The notes below the pieces were generated by a model, which did no database searches, was not told where the DNA came from, and worked only from the letters and a program-made list of their open reading frames with translations. From Vicugna vicugna (taxonomy: Eukaryota): a DNA stretch of 64,000 nucleotides. Shown piece by piece: positions 53,891 through 64,000 of the stretch (positions are counted from its first letter, which is position 1; each line of letters begins with the position of its first letter). The DNA is taken from contig MU057865.1 of NCBI GenBank assembly GCA_013265495.1, positions 124,001 to 188,000 on the forward strand. Direction: 5' to 3'. A program made the position numbers and the translations under genes.

Positions 53891-54341
53891 TGTTACCGAG
53901 TCCAAACTCGTTCTGCTCTCCCCACAACTGGCCAATAAATCGGGAAACGAGGTGTTGGGGCAAGGAATAGAGACTTTATTCGGAAAGCTGGCAGACGGGG
54001 AGGATGGCAGACTAACGTCTTGGAGAACCATCCTGCCCCAGTCAGAATACAGCTCCTTTTATATCAAAAAAAAAAAAAAAAAGGGGGGGGGGGAGAGGGG
54101 GTGTGGTTGGTTGTTGCAAACTTCTTTCTGCAGGAATTCTTTGTTCCTGCAGCCGTCCATGTGGGCCAGGTCATGGCGCTCCTGCAAAACCGCCAACAAA
54201 ACAAACGCTATTCTCTGTTCTGCAACTTTGCTATCTTTACGTGAGTGCAGAGCCAGCAAGACTAAGCCTGGGGAACAGGGCACAGCCATCAGAGCCAAAA
54301 GGAACAGATCCAATATGGAGTCAGATTTGTTCTCTATCACA
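53891..54341 (-). mobile_element. ERV1-like solo LTR, family C copy 2
   Basis: TGTTACCGAGTCCAAACTCGTTCTGCTC is the exact reverse complement of the 3' end of 18696-19213; TSD ACTA/GCTA. Confidence 0.92.
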
Positions 54342-54537
54342 GCTACACGAAATTATAGTTGAGCAGAGGGAAGTTAAGGAAGCCCATAGAACATTTAATG
54401 AGGCTTTCTTCTTTCAGTTATTTAAGGGAGGGGGAAAAAGCCAATTCCTCCGGGCTTCTGAGAAACAAGCTCTGTTACTACTGAGAATCAGCCGGGGTGG
54501 GGGTGGGGGGGCAGCCCCAAGCCTCCAGCTTGGTGGG

Positions 54538-54554
54538 CAGCGCCATCTAGTGGA
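54538..54554 (-). promoter_or_regulatory. CTCF binding motif
   Basis: Minus strand TCCACTAGATGGCGCTG matches the core CCASYAGRKGGCRS exactly. Confidence 0.8.
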
Positions 54555-55469
54555 AGGCTTTTGTTCCTCGTTTTACGTTTTACCAGCAATTAGCTGGATG
54601 GATTCAGCAGTCATTTAACTCTGCATAAATAAAGCTGTCTCATGTATAAAACTGAAGCATGAAATTGGAGATAACAGCTCCTGTTTATTTACCCTCTCAG
54701 CTACAGGGATAAAGAAAGTTACAAAGTATTGCAAAGCTTTGGGGTCTTTATTTTTATAGCTTCTCTTGGAAGGGGTAAGCCCATTTTTGTGCTAACTAAA
54801 GGCAGCGTCCTCAAGGTCTCATGAATTTAAGTAAGTTTGGCTGAAAACCAGTAGCTTTGTCTCCTTCTAGGATTGTGGCACTTACTGACCTAATCAATGC
54901 ATCTGAAAATTTATGAAGTGACTGGTCACAGCCCGATAACTTTTATATTGCATGCGGCCAACACAAGCCCATTATGCAGGAAAATGATGGCCCAGGTTTC
55001 GGATGCCATCACTGGTAAGTCTCGGAGGCCATAAAGGGGCCCCGTTCGGTGAGAAAACAGCCAAAGGCACACTTGAACTTCCCTGGCGGTGAAGTCTGGC
55101 CGGGACTTGCACCTCCCTTGATGTGCCCCGCCCTCTAGTTGCCTTTTCTTGCCTCTAGGTCTCCTCTGTTACCTCTTCTCTCATTCATATTCAAAGCCAT
55201 GCCCGGAAGCCTTGGACAGATATGCAGAATGTTTCCTAAATGCAGACAATTGAAATATAAATGTTCCTTCCCTGCTCTATTAATTATTTTGCAGCTTTCC
55301 CCAAGCACTCTTTGTATACATAATGACTTAAATGGTGACAGTAAAATGTGAAGGGAATTTTTACCCCAATTTTTCTGTCCTTGTTTCCCAATTTTCTATT
55401 CCATATACACCCATTCCTCCCCTCTCCAAGTGTATTTCAAGAAGGAAGAACTGTATAAGACACATTTTG

Positions 55470-55614
55470 TTTTCTCCCTCCCTCCCTTCTTTCTTTTTCT
55501 TCCTTCCTTCCTTCCTTCCTTCCTTCCTTCCTTCCTTCCTTCCTTCCTTCCTTCCTTCCTTTCTTTCTTTTTTCTTTTTCTTTCTTTCTTTCTTCTTTTT
55601 CTTTCTTTCTTTCC

Positions 55615-55645
<31 letters not shown>

Positions 55646-55646
55646 C
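55470..55646. repeat. Compound (TTCC)n/(TTTC)n/(CT)n microsatellite
   Basis: About 15 perfect TTCC units, then TTTC and CT runs. Confidence 0.97.
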
Positions 55647-55941
55647 AGATTGCACAGAATCAGAAGATCTTTCCAAACCCTGTCCACTCATCGCCAATGT
55701 GACCCTGGTTAAGCAAGTGATCTTAATACTTAGACCTCGGTTTCTTCATCCGGGGAAAGGAGGTAACAGTAACTAACTTAACGAGAAGCATCAGCAATGC
55801 CTGGCACATAGTAAATGGTCAATAACAAATATTTTAAATATTTGGGGAGGGGGTAATGTTTTAAAATGTGAAGACTGGCCAATTTACTGGTAAGGGAGAA
55901 AAAGCTCAAATGCAGAAAACTATCAGGGTTTTCCAAGGAGG

Positions 55942-56378
55942 TGTCGACTGAAATAAACGCACAGCCTAAAAGTTGAGAGTTATGCTTTATTCCCTGGACA
56001 TTTCTGAGGACTTAAGCCTGGGATGACAGCCTCCTAGATGGCTCTGAGGGACTGCTCCGAAGTGACAAGATAGAAGCAGGAGACAGGAGTTTTTGCAACA
56101 AAGACCAGGTAGTCGGAACATCAAAAAGATGACTTACTTAAAGAAAATCAGGTATCTCAAGTTAAAGAATTTAGCACTTTTCTATATATGGGAAGGTGCA
56201 ACGGTTTGGGCTCATTGAAATCGTTCCTTTGCTATGAACCTAGCTATCTAAGGTCAGCATCCTGTTCTTCCCCATCCTGAGTTCCCTCCGCTCACTGTCG
56301 GGGGCGGCGGTAGTGGCTGATGGCTTGATGGCCACAGCATCCTTTGTTCACTGCTATGGCTGCAACATTTTTCACTCA
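55942..56378 (-). mobile_element. MER41-like ERV1 solo LTR
   Basis: TG..CA termini, TSD GAGG/TAGG, minus-strand AATAAA, CTGAGGACTTAAGCCTGGGA motif; family from recall. Confidence 0.75.
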
Positions 56379-56478
56379 TAGGTGTGTGAATTCCGGGGGA
56401 GACAGACAGCTCTCTACGGATCTTTCTTGTTTCTGTATATCTTGTAAGCAGAGGCCCTGACTCTCTTTGTTGTGGACA

Positions 56479-56696
56479 TTTTAATTTAATTTTCACGTTT
56501 ATTTGTTTATTTATTTGAAGTATAGTTCATTTACACTAGTGTGTTAGTTTCAGGTGTACAGCATAGTGATTCAATTTCTTTGCAGATTATATTCTGTTAA
56601 AGCTATTACAAGATATTGGGTTTAATTCCTTTATTTTATGTATGGTACTCTGTATCTGTTAATCCCAAACTCCTAATTTGTCCCTCCTCCTCTCCC
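56479..56696 (-). mobile_element. 5'-truncated L1 tail
   Basis: T-rich start, GAAGTATAGTT..CAGGTGTACAGCATAGTGATTCA, flanked by TGGAC repeats. Confidence 0.85.
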
Positions 56697-56742
56697 TGGA
56701 CTATCGTTTCAAGGATGTTTGTACAGTTAATGGCCTCAGAAG

Positions 56743-57341
56743 TGTTAGAGCAGGTAGATAGCCATTTATGAGCAGAGAAAGGGGGGCATGGGTCAAACAG
56801 CAGGAAACTACACATCCTGTGAACCACAGGGGTCCCTGGGCAGACAAAGAAAAGCAGGAACCTCTGGACTTACAAGAAATCACACATTTTAGGGTGACAA
56901 GTGCCCTGGAGGCAGATTAAAAAAATGTACAGAAAGGCAGAAACCTCCAGCATCTGAATGTAACTTTTGCTTATTATGCCCTCATTGCAATAAAACTAGC
57001 CTTGCAGATGAGAAGTATCCATCATGCATTGATGTCACAACACTTTTGATCAAGACTAAATAAGGACAAAAATCTCTCCTTCTCTCGGGAAGGTGGAGCT
57101 GGGATGAAAATCAGGAAATAGCCCCAAGCCCCTCCCTGCCCATGAATATTCTTCCCATTCATTTTTATACCCCATATAACTAGCTTGTCAAAGACACTCG
57201 GCACAGCTACTCACCTGAGTCTGCCCGCTCTCCCCCTGGGAGCGTACTGTCACTTAATAAAGCCTCACTTTACTTTCTTGACCTGCGTGTCTGTCTCTGA
57301 ATTCTTCCTAAGAGAAGGCAAGAACCTACACTCCAGTGACA
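56743..57341 (+). mobile_element. ERV1-like solo LTR, family B copy 2
   Basis: TGTTAG..GTGACA termini, exact TSD GAAG, AATAAA at ~57256. Confidence 0.92.
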
Positions 57342-58677
57342 GAAGAACTCTCCCTCCAGAGAGCCAAGGGCAGGTTTGCTTGCTGCTCAGTATAAGAAAG
57401 ATAACTGCGTCTGGGTAAAGTTGTAAAGGTTTACTTGCAGCCCACTATAAAATGGGGGTTTTTGTAAATTGGGGGGTTTTCAGCCTTGATGCACACCACT
57501 CTCTGTGCAGCATCTCCCTGGGCTGACCTTGTTGCTTCAGGTCTTGAGGGCCACGCGGAACTGACATGAACGAAAAGCTCACGTACTGCTGTGAGCACTG
57601 AGGTCCTTTGTCTCTGACTCAGGAGTCACGAGTCTTCCACCCGCCAGTGCCCGTGAAGCTGTGGCTGACCGCCTGTTAGCTGGCAAGTAAAGAAAACACT
57701 CTCAGACCCCTCCCAGTTCTTGATGCTGTTGCTTCAAATTTGTTTTCTTGTCCCCAAAGTGAGTCCTCCAGATGAGCATGTTAGGTGGCCAAGGATGAGA
57801 ACTCAGTGAAATCAAACTCTTATCTCCACTTAAAAACCCAGCTGGAAAATCCAAACTCAGTGGAATCAACTATTTGATAATAGAAAAAAAAATCATTGTG
57901 TGCCTGAATTTGACCAGTTTTCTTTTTTTAACCTGAAGCCAATCTGGGTGTAAACACTTGTGTGCGTAGCCCGAACTGTCTTCTTATTTGAGCTTTCCTC
58001 ATCTCCAAAAAGGAGAAAGAAATGTGAGGCATTAATAATCAGAAATATCTCCTTGGTTTCCGCTCTAAGCTGAGACTGTTATATGAACATCTCAAATTCT
58101 CACAATTCTTTAACGCTTTTCCATTTTACAGAATGCAAAATTGGAGCTCAGAGACGTCGAATGCTTTGCAAAGTTCTCACAGCTAGCAAGCGGCAGAGCT
58201 GGATTAACTGAATTCTGTCTGATTCCAAGCAGGTTTTGCTCTACCACAGTATTCCTCCAGATGAGATGGAACAGAGGGCCATCCTCAAAGACACAAGTAA
58301 GCTTCTTTAACCCCAAAGTCTCTCCCCCTCTTCTGTCCTAGTGCCTGAAACTCCAGCATTAGGGAAGAGAGGCTGTGCTGTATCACGGGATGGAAAGCAC
58401 TTCAAGTGAGATGAAATGAACCTTCATATCTTGGGGCTGAGGCTTATGGTGGCTTTAAATGTCTTAGCTCTCTGAATATCAGTTTTCTCATCTGTAAAAC
58501 ATACATAATGCAATCCATCCTTATAAATAGGGCTTCTGTAGCTATAAAAGACAAATCGGAGTGAGATAACATATGTAAAAGGACTTTTTCAACCAGGCTT
58601 GCTTTTGCTATGGAAGTTCTTAAGGAACTCCATTTTTTTTTAACTTGGATACTTTAGGTCTTCAAGACTGTGCATTT

Positions 58678-58732
58678 ATTGTAAACTGACTATAACTCAG
58701 TAAAAAAAAAAGGTAAAAAATTAAAAAAAAAA
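58678..58732 (+). mobile_element. Ultra-short L1 tail insertion
   Basis: TTGTAAACTGACTATAACTCAGT plus A tail between AAGACTGTGCATTTA and AAGGCTGTCCATTTA. Confidence 0.8.
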
Positions 58733-59189
58733 AAGGCTGTCCATTTAAAGCTCAACAGAAGGGAGGTGCATTTTACATTATGACCAGTGAACTGCAGGGT
58801 CCACAATAAACCTCTGAATTAGGATACACTGCACGTCTGCAGGTGGGCAGTCACAAAAGAGAAAGAGGTGGGCGGGGTTCTATTTCCCTAATCTGCCTGC
58901 ACCCTGCGTTGACCCCCTCAAAGGTCACACGTCCCAAGTGCAAGAGGAGTTTAGGACTAGGCGTTGAGTCAAATCCCCTGAGCTTTCCTCCTTCATTTCA
59001 TTTATTAATTTATTTTCCAAATATAAACTGGAGCATTAAATCATCTAAGAACATCCATCTGATAAAAGATATGCAAATATCTTTATAAATATACAGTATC
59101 ATCTGTAATGTTGACAGGTCAGATAAAGACACCAACTTACACTTAAAACTCTGAATTCTGAAAACAGGATGCAAATTCAGAGATTTTAT

Positions 59190-59220
59190 ACACACACACA
59201 CAGACACACACACACACACA
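59190..59220. repeat. Interrupted (CA)n microsatellite
   Basis: CA repeats with one GA interruption. Confidence 0.9.
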
Positions 59221-60594
59221 ATCTAATTTATTTTCAGCTCCACAGATGGTTACGAATTGCATATATTATTCATAGCCCCTCCAATCCCGACCCACCTTCA
59301 TGTACAAACCAGACTCAAATATTAGAGGAACTTGCAATGCCAGGACTTGAATTTTGAAAACCAATAGTTTATCAGAATTGTCAGAAGTACTCAGGAAATG
59401 CAGTTAGGGCACATGTCATCTCTGGATGTGTTCAGTAAAGCAACAACCAGAAATACCCAAACAAAATGAGAACAAGGACAAAATAAACCTGGTCAAACAT
59501 TTGCCGAGAGGCCAGCCTGCAGCAGCAGCAGCCCAGGGCCACCTGCTGCTCTCCAGCCAGGGGCTCCAGCAAAGACTCCTTTTTATCTCTGCAATAAATA
59601 TGTGGGATGTGAAGCCCCCAAAGGCAGTGGGAGGGTCCACTGGAGGAAGGCAGGACGACTGCGCAGAGGGGGCCCAGGCACCGCTCACTTGGCCCAAGCC
59701 CGCCCTGCGCTGGGAATCCTGGGAGATGATGGGTGGGTCCGCACTGGCTCTGAAAAGGAAGGTGCTTGTGGAGAGAGGTCCTGATTTGCAGTTCTTTTGT
59801 TCTTGTGAGCACTGACCTCTTACTCCCTCCTCCCTTCCCCCTCCCCCAGGCTTCCCTTGGCCACATAATTCTATAATGCCAAGAGAAAAATCAGAATAAA
59901 GAGAAAGAATAATCAGGGTCCAAAGACCAGAGGGCCCGTCTCTGATCTGCCCCGTGTGGCTGATGAGGCCGTGGGCTTCAGAGTATCTGACAAGACATCA
60001 ACGGAAATCAATGTGGCTAAATTAAAACGTGCAGAACGGCCGTGTTTTACATGCAGCTGCTGGGAGAGAGGAGACAGAGCCGGCAGGATCTGAACGGCCA
60101 CGTACAGGCTGAGCCGGTCAGCAGGGCTCCGGGTGCCGGCAGACGGGGAGGCCAGCGGAGGCTGGGGAGAAGCCAGGCGAGCGGGCCAGCAGAAGGAGCA
60201 GGGCGGGGCCACAGCCATCACGGTGCTGACTAGTTCCGGCTGGAGGGGTGTTTTCTCTCTTTGTAAAGAACGTGCTCATCTTACAGAAATTGGGAACACA
60301 CAGGACTCCTAAAGCATGGTGGGCCTTTTGCTGAATGACCTGGGCTGTGTTTGCGTACCTCGCACCTCTCAGTGGCCTGAGAACCCAGAACACAACAACA
60401 GCTTGAGGACTAAAGTGGACAGTAACTCAACTGCTAGCAGGTGTGTATGGACAGCCTATAGGCTAACGAGTTGGCATCTTAATTTCTATTGGGTTTCAGA
60501 ATCCTTTTGAAATCTCAATCATTTAGACACTGTTGAGGCATAAACTGGGATTCTTAAAGTTCACCAGATTCACTAAACAAAGGATTAATTACTG

Positions 60595-61081
60595 TGTTGC
60601 AGCAAGTGTGTTACAGCTCAGTTGTGACAGCAACCTGGACTCCGGCGAGAGACCAAGCAGCACTCGGAGGGTTGGAGAGCTCAGCTTTATTAGGCCACAG
60701 GCCCAGAGGAGTTAACACCCCAAGCTCTGGACCCTGTCTGTGGGTTTACACAGGGTTTTATAAGCTGCCAGTCTAAGCTTTGCAACATCATATGCAAATA
60801 AGGTATAACAAAGTTGACCAATCAGGAAAGAGCTTTTTACAAGTGGCCCAATCAGGAGTGAGTTTCATGCAAATGAGGTGTTACAAATGGGTCAATCAGG
60901 AGTGAGCTCAGGGAACCAACAGAATCTTAGGGGTAAGTTCTGCTTTCCTAGAAGCAAGCTGTTTTATAGAGGCGCAAAAGCGAGATAATGCCGCCGGGCC
61001 AGGAAACCAGATGGCGCTGGCAGGAAAGCAGTGGCCTTGCCTGGGGGTCCTGCCGATCTTTGCCTGGGGCTTCCCACCTCA
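60595..61081 (-). mobile_element. ERV1-like solo LTR, family A copy 2
   Basis: TG..CA termini, TSD ACTG/GCTG, minus-strand TATAAAA (~60756-60762) and AATAAA (60686-60691). Confidence 0.92.
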
Positions 61082-61145
61082 GCTGTATGTATCTAACAAG
61101 GCAATGAAGGCAGTAAACATCAACTCTTTCTTCCAACCTAGCCAA

Positions 61146-61262
61146 ATGCTAGTATTTCTAATAATGCTAATAATTTTCATGCTAATAATTCTTAATGCTA
61201 ATAATAATTTTAGTGCTAATAATAATTTTCATAATAATTCTTTTAAATGCTAATCATTTTAA
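61146..61262. repeat. Degenerate AT-rich minisatellite, unit ~ATGCTAATAATTTT(C)
   Basis: About 7 imperfect 15-19 bp units. Confidence 0.8.
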
Positions 61263-61524
61263 TATTTCACTGTCCAGCTGCTCAACATTTCCTCTTCATG
61301 AAGCCAAGCTCAAAGAAATGTCAGTAATACTGTTTTTAATTAGCTACTTCCTGTCCAGTTAATAAATCTAATGTACATAGTTCCCTCTCTGTGAGTCGCT
61401 TGTCTCCTTCCTGTTCAAGACTAATCCTTGCCTTTTTCCCCCCGCCTTTACCTGCAGCCCTCTGCCTCACACCCACAGAACCAGAGGATGAACTGGAGGG
61501 TTCATCCCCATGGCACTGCAATTA

Positions 61525-61655
61525 TGATAATAGCTGAGACTTACATGGCAATTACTATGGGCTGGAGTCTGTTCTAAGTGCTTTGCACACATTAACTCAT
61601 TTAACCTTCGTATAACCCTGTGAAGTAGGAACCATTATTATCCCCATTTTACATG
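61525..61655 (-). mobile_element. MIR SINE remnant
   Basis: GTTCTAAGTGCTTT..ATTAACTCATTTAA..ATTATTATCCCCATTTTACA. Confidence 0.8.
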
Positions 61656-63439
61656 TCCCTAGGGTCTCTAGAATGCCCTGCTCAGGGGAAATACAGGCTA
61701 AGGAAAAGGGGAGGGAAGAAACTCTTAGTTCAAAGATATTCACTCAGGATTGAAAGGAAGAAGAACTTCTGAACCCAGCTGTATTTCTCCCGTGGTCCAG
61801 CCCAGTGTCTGAGCACTAAGGAGGAGAAACTACAAGTAAAAACCTCATGGGTGCCCTGCAGTGAGGAGAGGGCTCAGTGGCCTGGCGTCTGACTCTGGTC
61901 CAGGAAGCCCAGAGGACCAGAGACAGCCAGTGCACAGCTTTGGAGGGAGAGAGTCGCTGCTTTGTTGGGGCAAAGGAGGCAGGAGAGTTTCTCATGGACC
62001 AGATGTGGTCCAAACAGGCGAGGGAGCTGGCCTGGAGCCACGTTAAATCCCAGAAAAGAAGGGCCAAGGGCGAGGCTGGAGTGTGACTGGTAGCGTGGGC
62101 TCTGTGAGGAGGTCAGTGAGGCACGCACCTGAGACAGACACCCTGAAACACCCACGGGACCCAACGCCCCCCAAAGCTCTCCCGGGGCAGGTCCATTCAA
62201 TTAACAACTTCCCAGCCTTCCCCCCATGCTCCCTCCCCGTTTCCCTACCATGAAGGGTCAGAAACCTACTTTAGCAAGATGGGGTAGCAGAGGTACAGAG
62301 ACAAGGAGGGTAACAATCCCTCCCACTGTCCCCTTCACCCGCTGTGGGTTCTCGTCTACATCAGACTGTCAGAGGGTGCCTATCACAGCAAAGATAACAC
62401 AACTGCAGAACTGAGGGAGAGCGGGAGGGAAGGACCTGGGTGGGGGGAATGGAGGGAGGGAGGGGAAGGGAGAAAGAAACACCCTTCACTCTACCATCAC
62501 AGCCAGCACTCTGCAAAGCACAGAGAAGGGAGCAAAACCTTCTCAGAAATGAACCGAGAAAATCAGCGCTTAAGAGCTGCGTTTTTAGCAAGGGCACAAG
62601 ATCCTAAAGCAACAACAAGTGTGATAAGAGCACCATGAGCTTAGCAAAGGAAAATAACCTAAACAGATCCAACACTGCTCCATCAGCCGCGTCGGTAAGG
62701 GGGACCACCCATTCCACTAAGCACCCTTTATAATTTCTTACATATCAGTTACGCACAGTGAGGTGTAGGCAGTTTGCTATAGAGAGTGTAAATTCTGTCA
62801 TTTGCAACAAATCCTTTGACTGAATGAGAGAATCTCTCTACTTATTGTTACACAGGGATTTCAGCTGTTGGTCCCCACCTTACCACCAGATCTGAGGTTT
62901 CAATGGGCATGAAAGAACAAAATACTTAAGAGTGTCATGATGGGGTATCTCTGCCTGAGGGTGCAGGACAGCACTGGCCACAGAGGCAGCAACCAGATGG
63001 GAGGTTTGAATCAGGCACCCCAGGGAGAAAGGAGATGAAAGCCACGAGTCCAGCACTTTGTCTTGTGAGACACGATGGGCAGAGGAAAGCGTGAGAAAGC
63101 AAGGTTGGGGGGTGGGGGATCCTGATCTGCTTTAGAGAAAAGAGAAACCAAGCTAACCAAGCTAACAACGCCTTAATAACCCCTGACAGCGGCAAACAAC
63201 TGCAGCTCGATCTGAACAAATACTCAGAATATGACCATGGACGTCTGAGCAAGAGCATTCTTGTCTGCACCTCGTGGAGTTTTTCTGTTGTGGAGTCAGA
63301 GTCTCTGGGCGGCCAGCCAAGAACCTGATGTGTTGAATTGCACTGAGTGGGGCCTGACCACGGTGTCCCTTGACAAAAACAGCGTCTCAGCTGACAGTGT
63401 CTGAAGAGGGCAAATGAGCGGGACAGACGTTGTCCCCAA

Positions 63440-64000
63440 CAGTAGACACAGGTACACGTGTTGGTGGCCATTAGGTTCTTGTCCCATTCCAGAAAGAATT
63501 CAGAGATACACATGGAGGTCAAGAAGTGGGGACTTATTAAAGGATGGATAGTACACTCCTAAGGGGAGGGCGGGCAGGCTCAGGTGAGCGGCTGCACTGA
63601 GTTTCTTTGGCAAGTTGGTTACATAAGGTGTAAAAAAGAATGTGTGGAATATTCACTGGGGAGGGAAGGGTTTGGGGTTGCATTTCCTGATTTTTATCCC
63701 AGCTCCACCTTCCTGAAGGCAGGAGGGAGTTTTGTCCTTACTGAGTCTGGATCGGAAGTGTCATGGCATCAGTACATGATGGGTACTTCTGATCTGCAAG
63801 GCTAATTTTATTGAAATTAGAGCATAATGAGCAAAAGGTTACATGCTGACACTGGAGATTCCTGCCTTTTACCACCTTTCTTTGCCTGCCCCCAGGCCAC
63901 TTGTCACCCCAAAGTGTGTGATCGCTTATCAGCCCAGAGGTTCCTGCTTTTCTCTGTCTGTCCCAGGACCCCTGTTGTTTACATGATGTAGGGTCTTGCC
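63440..64000 (-). mobile_element. ERV1-like LTR, family B copy 3, cut by the window end
   Basis: Shares AGTCTGGATCGGAAGTGTCATGGCATCAGTACATGATGGGTACTTCTGATCTGCAAG exactly with 17170-17826; left boundary approximate. Confidence 0.92.

Larger units (their letters stand above)
56385..57724 (+). mobile_element. Old ERVL LTR (MER74/MER54-like) split by an L1 tail and a family-B LTR
   Basis: 3' end GTCTCTGACTCAGGAGTC..TGTTAGCTGGCAAGTA..CTCAGACCCCTCCCAGTTCTTGA; host resumes across both inserts. Confidence 0.65.

Noticed and set aside
55332..55712. Lys/Glu/Arg-rich and Phe/Leu/Ser-rich ORFs
   Set aside because: Translations of the TTCC/TTTC microsatellite
57800..57871. Two ~18-bp direct repeats AACTCAGTG(A/G)AATCAA spaced by ~35 bp, superficially CRISPR-like
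   Set aside because: Only two imperfect units in mammalian DNA with no cas genes; a local duplication is sufficient
5328..61081. Same-family, same-strand LTR pairs as ends of one provirus
   Set aside because: Each family-A LTR has its own TSD, the spacing is far too long and there is no gag/pol/env sequence; these are independent solo LTRs
62935..63522. Longest ORF in the window (195 aa, minus strand)
   Set aside because: Starts inside an LTR, has no recognisable domain and a composition typical of chance ORFs

Overview
Mammalian genomic DNA with no recognisable protein-coding gene. It is most likely camelid (camel/alpaca/llama), inferred from five copies of a tRNA-Ala-derived vic-1-like SINE and cetartiodactyl-type L1 3' tails. 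The listed ORFs appear to be chance ORFs or decayed L1 ORF2 fragments. The main non-repetitive landmark is a CpG island at ~41.15-42.1 kb. Its splice-donor asymmetry, a candidate 34-nt exon, a candidate terminal exon with a polyA signal and further candidate exons point to an unidentified minus-strand spliced transcript (a lncRNA, or the 5' UTR of a gene continuing beyond position 1). The rest is rich in repeats: about 15 ERV1-like solo LTRs (many with TG..CA ends and 4-bp TSDs, three families in 2-3 copies), MaLR/ERVL LTRs, L1 fragments, MIRs and microsatellites, often nested. Notable regulatory signals are a near-perfect CTCF site at 54.5 kb, HRE and RFX motif clusters, and an LTR with an amplified octamer/CCAAT unit. 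Repeat family names are from memory and unverified. I found no convincing evidence of a novel biological system; the findings are hypotheses.
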